Positions 15,826 through 22,971 of a stretch of DNA of 33,041 nucleotides are shown here, piece after piece. The number at the start of each line of letters is the position of its first letter. Position 1 is the first letter of the stretch. The DNA lies in the NCBI GenBank assembly GCA_964592795.1, contig CAZQHA010000001.1, positions 1 through 33,041 of the forward strand, in the 5' to 3' direction. The notes under the pieces were generated by a model, which did no database searches, was not told where the DNA came from, and saw nothing but the letters and a program-made list of their open reading frames with translations. The position numbers and the translations under genes were made by a program. This stretch comes from an uncultured Planctomycetaceae bacterium. Lineage in GTDB: Bacteria > Planctomycetota > UBA1135 > GCA-002686595.

Positions 15826-17916
15826 TCAGGGCGTCAGTACGAGCTCGACTGGGTTCGTCGCGTTCACGATGACCTGACCCGCCGAGTCGAAGATCGCGGC
15901 GGCGTGGTAGTACGTGCCGGCGTAATCGGGACTCGATCCAGGCGGCACGACGAAGCTCGCTGTCGCCTTGCCGTTCGCGTCCAACGCGCCGACGAACAGG
16001 TGGAACGGCGGGTCGAGGGAGCCCACGAGCGGCAGGATTTGCAGGTAGTACACGTCGACGACGAGCGGAATGATCACGTTGCCCGCGGCGGCACCCGGCT
16101 CGACGCCGGTGATGCTCCCGACGACGACGTAGACTCCGAGCGCCGCGGCCTTGCCGCCGTCGATCTCGAGCTCTTGCGTGCCGCCGTCGCTGAGATCGAT
16201 CGTGCGCGTCGATCCGTTCAAGGTCAGCCGATACCGAAACGCCGCGCCGGGGATCGTCGAGAACGCGCCTTCGAGCGGCGCTTGGCTGGTGCAGAACACG
16301 GCGATCTTCGTGCACGGGCAGCAGACCGTGCCCGATTCCGGATCGGGCGGACACGTCGTCGGAGGCACCGGGCAAAGGTGAGGCGGGCAGCCCGGATCCC
16401 CAGGACAGATCTGCAGCTTGGGCGGAATCTCGACTGCGATGCTGGGCGGCAGGCCGGTGTACGCGCGCGGAGCTCCGATCAGGACGCCGTGGTCCGCTTC
16501 TCCGATGCCGCGTGTGATCGATACGGCGGTTCCGAACTTGTCACCGATGTCGGTGCTCGTCGCCAAGCAGTCGCAGCAATCGAGCGGACCGCATACGCAC
16601 GGCGGCGACGGCGGCGCCGTGAGCACGTCCTTCTGGACCCAGGCGCTGCCGTCGCGCTCGTACACGAACACGCGACCCTGCGGCAACGGATCGAGATAGG
16701 GGAACTGGAAGTCGCTGCTCAGCCACGGCGCTCCGACGACGAGGAGGTCGCCTTCGAGATCTAGGTCTTCGCCGAACCGCCGTGGAAGCGCGTTCTGAGG
16801 CGGCGTGAGCGTCTGCGTGGAGTCCCACGTGTCGTCCGAGATCGAGGGCGTGCCGTTGTCGTCGCGCTCCAGCGTCTCGACCTTGCCGGGAAACGTGCCT
16901 TGGCCGTCTTGAGCGGAGACGGCGCTGATGGCCATCGAGTTCCGCGAGATCGCGACGGCGTCACCGAACCGGGAGTTGGCGCCTTCGACGGACGACGCGA
17001 TACGGTTGCGCTGCGTCCAGCCGACGCCCGGCACGTCTTCGAAGTGGTAGGCGTAGCCGACCGCGTTGATCGAGAAGATCCCGACGACCTTGTCTTCCAG
17101 GGGCGCGCCCACGACGAGCTCGGAGCCCTGCACGTCGAGCGAGTGACCGAAGCGTCCATCGCCTTGAGCGGTGCTCGAGAAGATCTTCTGAACCTCGGTC
17201 CACGTCCCACCGTTGCGCTGGAACACGTACACCGCGCCGGGAGTTCCCCCCGACGGATGGGCTGCACCCGGTGCGCCGACGAAGAGCCGATCGCCGTCGA
17301 GCACGACCGAGAACCCGAACTCTTCGTCGTCGACGCCGTTGCTTGGTCCCACCATCACGGCGGTCGTGAAGCCTCCGCTCGCCGCATTGAACGGGAACGT
17401 CAAGGTCGTCGGATCCTGCTCGAAGACGATGACGGCGCCCGTGCGATCGGCGCAGAGCTCTTGGATGAACATGAAACCCGGCGCTCCGACCGCCAGCGTG
17501 AGCTCGTCGAACGAGACCGACGTCCCGAACCTGTCGTCGGGGAGGGTGTAGAAGTTCGGGCCCGCGCCGAAAAGACGCTGCACCTCCGGTCCCGTACCCA
17601 TCTCGGATGGATAGTCGAGCACCGAGTTCAGCCGGTGCACGTAGACGCACCCCGCCGGGATGTATCCCGGGTCGAACAGCTCGTGCATTCCGCGCGGCGC
17701 GCCGACCGCCACGAAGTCGCGCGCGTTGTCGACGTCCGTGCCGTACAAGTCACCGTGACGGGCGAGATCATCGTCGCCCTTGATCATCGAGAACCGAGAT
17801 TGCGCGCGTGCCTCCCCGATCGAAATCGAGCAGACCACGAGCGCTAGCGCTCCCATCCGAGCGCACGACGATCGCGAACGCACGCCGCACACGAAACTCA
17901 TCCATCGTCCTGCCAT
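15826..17916 (-). CDS. Secreted FG-GAP (integrin-alpha-like) beta-propeller protein with Cys/Pro-rich linker and C-terminal beta-sandwich module
   Basis: AGGAG Shine-Dalgarno before the ATG at 17916, and an N-terminal hydrophobic signal region. There are at least 6 repeats of the form x-FG-x-(S/A)-V-x...(V/I)GAP (DDRFGTSVSF..LAVGAP, EEFGFSVVL..LFVGAP, DGRFGHSLDV..LVVGAP, NSRFGDAVAI, PRRFGEDLDL..LVVGAP, GDKFGTAVSI..VLIGAP). Confidence 0.85.
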   Translation of the reverse strand: MAGRWMSFVCGVRSRSSCARMGALALVVCSISIGEARAQSRFSMIKGDDDLARHGDLYGTDVDNARDFVAVGAPRGMHELFDPGYIPAGCVYVHRLNSVLDYPSEMGTGPEVQRLFGAGPNFYTLPDDRFGTSVSFDELTLAVGAPGFMFIQELCADRTGAVIVFEQDPTTLTFPFNAASGGFTTAVMVGPSNGVDDEEFGFSVVLDGDRLFVGAPGAAHPSGGTPGAVYVFQRNGGTWTEVQKIFSSTAQGDGRFGHSLDVQGSELVVGAPLEDKVVGIFSINAVGYAYHFEDVPGVGWTQRNRIASSVEGANSRFGDAVAISRNSMAISAVSAQDGQGTFPGKVETLERDDNGTPSISDDTWDSTQTLTPPQNALPRRFGEDLDLEGDLLVVGAPWLSSDFQFPYLDPLPQGRVFVYERDGSAWVQKDVLTAPPSPPCVCGPLDCCDCLATSTDIGDKFGTAVSITRGIGEADHGVLIGAPRAYTGLPPSIAVEIPPKLQICPGDPGCPPHLCPVPPTTCPPDPESGTVCCPCTKIAVFCTSQAPLEGAFSTIPGAAFRYRLTLNGSTRTIDLSDGGTQELEIDGGKAAALGVYVVVGSITGVEPGAAAGNVIIPLVVDVYYLQILPLVGSLDPPFHLFVGALDANGKATASFVVPPGSSPDYAGTYYHAAAIFDSAGQVIVNATNPVELVLTP

Positions 17917-18054
17917 GACGTCACTCCTACTGAGGTATTCTTCGCGCAGCGGTGCAACGGGGACGAGCTCACGCGAGACTCTCCCAAGTGCACCCGTGCC
18001 GCGCTGCGCGGTCTCCTCGGAACGACGCGGATCGTGGAGCGGGTCGAACGATCT

Positions 18055-18090
18055 CGAAAAAAGTGCGCGGCTCGCATCGCAGCCGCGCGA
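18055..18090 (-). terminator. Rho-independent terminator of the ECF-fusion gene
   Basis: The minus strand, beginning 17 nt after the TAG stop, reads GCGCGGCT-GCGATGCG-AGCCGCGC (8-bp GC stem) followed by ACTTTTTT. Confidence 0.75.
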
Positions 18091-18104
18091 GTCGGGCGCG
18101 GCGT

Positions 18105-21053
18105 CTACTCGTCTTGCGCCGCCGGTTCACCGCGCTTCGCGCGCGCGGGAACGGTGATGATCGGAGGCTCCGCATCCTCGCGGCTCTCGAGCACGACCTC
18201 GCGCTCGAAGCCCGCGCTCGTCAACGTCACTCGCGCCGATTCTCCGATCGGCACCGGCAGGTCGACGTAGCCTCGGCCGGCGTCGAGCTTGCCGCAGATG
18301 GGCGCAGGACCTTCGGTCCACGACTCGTCTGGGAAGGAACTCTGCAAGCCGCCGTCTTCCTGGATCGAGTACCGCGCGCGCATGGGCTCGACGAGCTCGA
18401 GCTTTCCCGCGTGCCATCGCAGCTTGCGATCGAAGAGGATCGCACCGCGAGCGTCGTTCGAGCGCACTCGCAGATTCCGCGACTTGCCGACCGGACCGTC
18501 GATCCAGATGCGCCGGAGCACGCGGGGACCGCCGAGGTTGTGCGGCAAGGTGAAGGTGTGCGCGCGCTCGACCTTCCGCGTGTCGACCGAGACTTCGTAC
18601 GGCTCGTGCAGCGCTGGAGGCGCAATCGAGAAGGAGACGTGTTGCGCGGGCAGGCCCGGCGTGCGAGCGCGCCCGCGGCGATCGAGCGCGATGCGCGAGG
18701 TCGCGAAGTTCGTGTGCACGCGGACGAACAGCGGTTCGCCCGCCTCGTCGAGACAGCGCACCGGCGCCGCGGCGAGGGGCCTCCCGCGGGCGTCGACGAA
18801 GGCGATCTCGATGTCGCGCGCGCGCGGCAGCCGTACCTCGAGCTCCTCATCGAACGCGAGCTTGTACGTCGGCGTGAGGCGCGCGCGGCCGTACCCCTCG
18901 GCCTCGATCTCGAGCGTGAACGGACGTCCCGCCGGCTCGCTCCAGACGAGCTGCCCGCGCGCGTCGCGGAACTCACGCCAGTCTCCCGTGTGCGCGTCCC
19001 CGCCGGCGAGGAAGAGGGAGCGCACGCGGAACGCGTCGAGCACGCCACCGTCGTGCGCGCGGACTTGCGCGGCGACATCGTTCGTTCCATCGCTCGGAGG
19101 CAACCGCAGTACGATCTCGTCCTTGCCTGGCTCGACGGCGAGCGTGGCCGGCGCACGTTCCGCCGGCGGCGCGACTTCGACGAAGAGGTTGCCCGCACGT
19201 GGCATGACGAAGCGACCGTCCCCATCGGTCTCGGTCTCCGACAGCGTCGCGACCGTCGACGCCACGTGCGGCGCGAATCCGGCGGATCGAGTCCGCGCGG
19301 CGACGCCGGGGTCGCGGATCGTCAGGCGCGCGCCCGCGATGGGAACGCCGTCGCTGTCGCACAGCCTGCCTGCGCGATCGTGTCGGCGAACCATCGGGGC
19401 CGGCCACGCTTCTCCTTGCGCGAACGAGCGCGGCAGCGATGCATACATCGTGAGATCGGCGCGCGTGAAGCGTCCGACGAAGCTCTTCCATCCCGGCAGA
19501 TCGTCGAAGCGGCACAGCCCGCTCGCGTCGGTCATGCCGACGCGCGGAGCATCGCCGTTTTGCGGGAACAGCTCGACCCGGATCCCGCCGAGCGGGACGC
19601 CGGCGAGGTCGACCTGCACCTGCGTCGAGTACGAATGGTCGAGCCGGACGTCCGCGCCGGACAAGGCTTCACGCATTCCGCCCCGGCCGTCGGGGTGTCC
19701 GGGGTGGCGCACCGAGACCGCGCGGTCGATGCTGCTCGCGATGGAGGCCGCGTACCGACCCGCTGCGTCCGTGGTCGTGCGCATCGACACGTCGCCGACG
19801 AACGAGACTCCGTGCGCGACGGCGCGACGTTCGAGGTGCCGATACGCGGAGGGCACGAACAACTCCACGTCAGCCGCCGCCACCGGCACGCCGCTCGCGT
19901 CGACGGCGCGGCCGCTCACCGCGCGCGCCGGCTCGAGGACGAGCTCGAGTTCGACTTCCGCGCCGACGTCGGCATCGAGGTACGCGACCTCGCCGACGAT
20001 CGCGCTCGCGGTGTCGGCGACGAGGAACGCCGGCGCGCGGGGAACCGAGAGCTCGAAACGACCGAAAGGATCGGCGATGGTAGCGCTCAGCGCGTTCGGC
20101 TCGAACGGGTGTCGCACCGCGGGCTCGTCGGCGGGGAGCGCGAACACGCGCGCACCCGCGACGCTTTCGCCGGCGGCGTCGACGCATTGTCCTCGGACCC
20201 GAACACGCGAGACGATCGAGCGCTCCGCCGCGCTGGGCGACTCGAGCATGACGCCGACGCGCTGCGGCTCGCCGGCAAGGCCGCCATCGCGATCCGGCGC
20301 CGCGCTCGCCTCCGCGACGCGATCACGCTCGGCGGCGGCGGAGTCGAAGCTCGCGGTCAGCGCGAACCAAGTTCCGACGATCGCGGCCGCGCCGGTCGCG
20401 AGCCACGCGGCGCGCGACCCGAGGATGCGGCGCACGAACGTCGGCGGTGGCGTCGCAGCCCGGCCCGCACCGAGCACGGCGAAGATCGCGATCGTCCACT
20501 CGCGGCGGCCGCCGAAGTGGCGGTCGAGCGACTCGCGCAGCATCGCTCGCCCACGCTTCATGCGCGTGCGTGCGGTTTCGATCGGCACGCCGGTCTGCGA
20601 GGCGATCGCTTCCACCGGCAAGTCGTCGCGGATGCGCAAGAGTAGAGTCGAGCGGTAGGGCTCGCCGAGATCGTCGATCGCCGCGAGAACGCGCGAGTGG
20701 ACGAGCTGCCCGTCGGCGTCGTGACGCGGCGGGTGTACGTGCTCAGGCCGCGAGACGGACGCCTCACGCCGCCTGCGGCGCGCGTCGGCTCGCACCAACT
20801 CGACCGACGTGTGGCGGACGATCGTCGCCAGCCACGCCTTGAGCGCGTCGGTGTGGCGCGCCGGATTCTCGAGCGCGCGCAGGGACGCCTCTTGCACGGC
20901 ATCCTCGGCGTGAGCGTCGCCGCAGACCTCGCGCGCCACGCGCAGCAAGAAAGCGCGATGGCGAAGGAGAGCGTCTTCCGTCCGCTTCGAGTCGTTCAAT
21001 TCGTCAGCCAGTCCCACGGTGCCGGAAGCATGGTCAGTATACGGAGGCGGCAC
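18105..21053 (-). CDS. ECF-type sigma-70 factor fused to a transmembrane segment and a ~750-aa extracytoplasmic region of repeated carboxypeptidase-regulatory-like (transthyretin/Ig-like) domains
   Basis: Region 2 (AEDAVQEASLRAL...LKAWLATIVRH) and a region 4 HTH (EPYRSTLLLR..DLPVEAIASQTGVPIETARTRMKRGRAMLRESL) lie in aa 1-180. A hydrophobic helix AAWLATGAAAIVGTWFALTA sits at aa ~215-234. It is followed by about 6-7 repeats of the pattern G-x-(V/C)-x-D-x-x-G-x-P-(V/I/L)-A-G/A-A-x-(V/L). GTG start at 21053; an alternative GTG at 21017 is possible. Confidence 0.8.
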   Translation of the reverse strand: MPPPYTDHASGTVGLADELNDSKRTEDALLRHRAFLLRVAREVCGDAHAEDAVQEASLRALENPARHTDALKAWLATIVRHTSVELVRADARRRRREASVSRPEHVHPPRHDADGQLVHSRVLAAIDDLGEPYRSTLLLRIRDDLPVEAIASQTGVPIETARTRMKRGRAMLRESLDRHFGGRREWTIAIFAVLGAGRAATPPPTFVRRILGSRAAWLATGAAAIVGTWFALTASFDSAAAERDRVAEASAAPDRDGGLAGEPQRVGVMLESPSAAERSIVSRVRVRGQCVDAAGESVAGARVFALPADEPAVRHPFEPNALSATIADPFGRFELSVPRAPAFLVADTASAIVGEVAYLDADVGAEVELELVLEPARAVSGRAVDASGVPVAAADVELFVPSAYRHLERRAVAHGVSFVGDVSMRTTTDAAGRYAASIASSIDRAVSVRHPGHPDGRGGMREALSGADVRLDHSYSTQVQVDLAGVPLGGIRVELFPQNGDAPRVGMTDASGLCRFDDLPGWKSFVGRFTRADLTMYASLPRSFAQGEAWPAPMVRRHDRAGRLCDSDGVPIAGARLTIRDPGVAARTRSAGFAPHVASTVATLSETETDGDGRFVMPRAGNLFVEVAPPAERAPATLAVEPGKDEIVLRLPPSDGTNDVAAQVRAHDGGVLDAFRVRSLFLAGGDAHTGDWREFRDARGQLVWSEPAGRPFTLEIEAEGYGRARLTPTYKLAFDEELEVRLPRARDIEIAFVDARGRPLAAAPVRCLDEAGEPLFVRVHTNFATSRIALDRRGRARTPGLPAQHVSFSIAPPALHEPYEVSVDTRKVERAHTFTLPHNLGGPRVLRRIWIDGPVGKSRNLRVRSNDARGAILFDRKLRWHAGKLELVEPMRARYSIQEDGGLQSSFPDESWTEGPAPICGKLDAGRGYVDLPVPIGESARVTLTSAGFEREVVLESREDAEPPIITVPARAKRGEPAAQDE

Positions 21054-21095
21054 ACGCGGTGCGTTGTGCCTGAAATCTTCGAGATTCTTGGACCC

Positions 21096-21117
21096 GGAAC
21101 GTGGGCGATGTCGTTCC
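21096..21117. promoter_or_regulatory. Inverted repeat GGAACG-N10-CGTTCC in the divergent intergenic region (candidate operator)
   Basis: Read directly. A second small palindrome, AATCT-TCG-AGATT, lies at 21074-21086 in a locally AT-richer stretch. No functional evidence. Confidence 0.25.
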
Positions 21118-21179
21118 TTGCCGCGTTCGAATCCGCGCAGCGCTAGGTCGATTCAGATCCCCAGCCGAGGGCAGTGACA

Positions 21180-22937
21180 ATGATTCAGTTTGCCGCAGTC
21201 ACAGTCATGCCGGTGACCAGCGTACCGGCCGCACACATCACGAATCACTCCTATACGTTTCAGGACAACGGAACGATCACGATCGGCCGAGAAGCGGAAG
21301 CCGGTGGCTGCGTGGTGTGGCTTTCCGAGGTCGGAGGCGCGAACACTGTGAACAACTTCGACCTCGGTCGACAAGTGCAGATCGCGGTGCGCGAAGGACC
21401 CTGCCATCCCAATCCCACGCAGGCAGGTGACGGTTTCATTCCCTCGAACAGCGAGATCTTCTACGTCCATTCCAACTACGTGTTCAGCAAGTGCGTGCCG
21501 ATGCTGTTTCGCAACTTCGGCAGCTGCACGGTCCAACCGCCGCCGGGTGTCGCCGAGACGGAACAGCGCATGTACATGTGGCACGAGTTCCTTCCGGACT
21601 CAGGTGGTCGAGCACTCCTCCTTCGGTCGTACTGGACGAACACGGACTCGTACCCAGGCGCGTCGAGTGGTCAGCAGATCACGCCGGCCGTGTACCACAA
21701 CTGGAGCCAGTTCGAACACATCAGGTACTACAGCGGAGAGAAGCCTTGGACTGGTGGCGCGCTATCGACGGCCGTGGATGCGCTGGGAAACGAGAGCCAC
21801 TTCCTGATGACCGAACAGTGGAGCGCCATGGTCGACACGAACGGTTGGGGCGTCGCGCACATGAGCGAGAACGGCCGATTCCGGACGAAATTCTTCGACG
21901 GCGCACCGTCGGGATCCGGAGATCACGAGAACGACATCAAGACCAACACGCACGAGCAGCGGTTCTGCATGCGCACGAACCCAGGAGAAGCCGTTCAGAC
22001 ACGCGAGAGTCGCGACATCTTCTACATCGGCGATGTGATCGACGCGCGCTGGTTCTTCTCGACGTACAGGCCCGTTGCGTGCGGCAGCTACGCGGCAGAC
22101 TTCGACGACGGTCAGTTCTTCGACTGGGAGCGCAACTCCAACCCAATCCAGATCACGAACGGCGAAGTCGTGATGGGACCTGACCCCGACTGGGTCAATG
22201 AGCTCGCGCTCGTTGACCGCTACTGGACCAACGCGAACTACGAGGTCGACGTCAAGCTAGCGTCCGGCGAGCAGCTCTACGGCATCGTGTTCCGCAAGCA
22301 GGGGCAGCAACACTTCTGGGACGAAGTGTCAGGCTACTACATGGCGTACTTCCAGAAGACGGGCTCGCGCTGGGCGATCCAACTCTGGTCCAAGCTCGAA
22401 GGTCAAGTCGAGTCGCTGCAGCTTCCGCTCGCGTTCCAACCCAGCGACTGGCACCACCTCAAGGTCACGACAGCCGGAGGGCGCATCGGTGTTTACGTGG
22501 ACGGAAACCTCGCATACACGTGGAACGACGTTGACACGGGTAACGGCGTCGTCGTCGCGTACGGAGGGGGGTACTTCTCCTTGATGACGCATCCTGAGAA
22601 CGTCGTTCACTTTGACAACCTCAGCATCACCGCGGCAGGAGACGAGCGCCCGGCGGATCCGGCGTCGAACGCGAGCGCGTCGCTGACAGGCAGCCCCGCG
22701 AAAGTCCAGCTCGACTGGACGAACCCAAGCGATTCGGATTGGCGCTGGACGCGCGTCGTTCGTAAGACAGGCACGACGCCGACTCACCCCCGCGATGGAT
22801 ACCCGGTCTACGAAGGCAAGCTGTCGTCGTATATCGATGCGGACGCTCCGAGCGGGAGCACCTACTACTACTCGGTCTACACGGTGGATCACGCGGGCAA
22901 CTACTCCGCCCCCGTCACAGTCACCGCGACACCTTGA
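21180..22937 (+). CDS. Hypothetical protein: unknown ~330-aa N-terminal domain, a LamG/DUF1080-like jelly-roll and a C-terminal fibronectin type III domain
   Basis: A GAGGG Shine-Dalgarno lies 9 nt before the ATG at 21180 (the listed GTG at 21174 is also possible). Jelly-roll region YEVDVKLASGEQLYGIVFRKQG...WHHLKVTTAGGRIGVYVDGNLAYTW...HFDNLSI. FN3 region VQLDWTNPSDSDW...YYYSVYTVDHAGNYSAPVTVTA. There is no convincing Sec signal peptide. Confidence 0.75.
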   Translation: MIQFAAVTVMPVTSVPAAHITNHSYTFQDNGTITIGREAEAGGCVVWLSEVGGANTVNNFDLGRQVQIAVREGPCHPNPTQAGDGFIPSNSEIFYVHSNYVFSKCVPMLFRNFGSCTVQPPPGVAETEQRMYMWHEFLPDSGGRALLLRSYWTNTDSYPGASSGQQITPAVYHNWSQFEHIRYYSGEKPWTGGALSTAVDALGNESHFLMTEQWSAMVDTNGWGVAHMSENGRFRTKFFDGAPSGSGDHENDIKTNTHEQRFCMRTNPGEAVQTRESRDIFYIGDVIDARWFFSTYRPVACGSYAADFDDGQFFDWERNSNPIQITNGEVVMGPDPDWVNELALVDRYWTNANYEVDVKLASGEQLYGIVFRKQGQQHFWDEVSGYYMAYFQKTGSRWAIQLWSKLEGQVESLQLPLAFQPSDWHHLKVTTAGGRIGVYVDGNLAYTWNDVDTGNGVVVAYGGGYFSLMTHPENVVHFDNLSITAAGDERPADPASNASASLTGSPAKVQLDWTNPSDSDWRWTRVVRKTGTTPTHPRDGYPVYEGKLSSYIDADAPSGSTYYYSVYTVDHAGNYSAPVTVTATP

Positions 22938-22945
22938 CGCGCGGT

Positions 22946-22971
22946 CAGCTTCAATGCAGGGGTCGAAGCTG
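22946..22971. terminator. Hairpin at the convergent junction (CAGCTTC-N12-GAAGCTG)
   Basis: Read directly: a 7-bp stem that overlaps the last codons of the 22951-24792 gene. No clear U-tract. Confidence 0.3.

Noticed and set aside
17952-20658. Two plus-strand ORFs of 897 aa and 789 aa opposite the ECF-fusion gene
   Set aside because: Both are Arg/Ser/Ala-rich with no motifs. The minus-strand frame carries sigma-70 regions 2 and 4, a TM helix and regular domain repeats, and ends at an intrinsic terminator.
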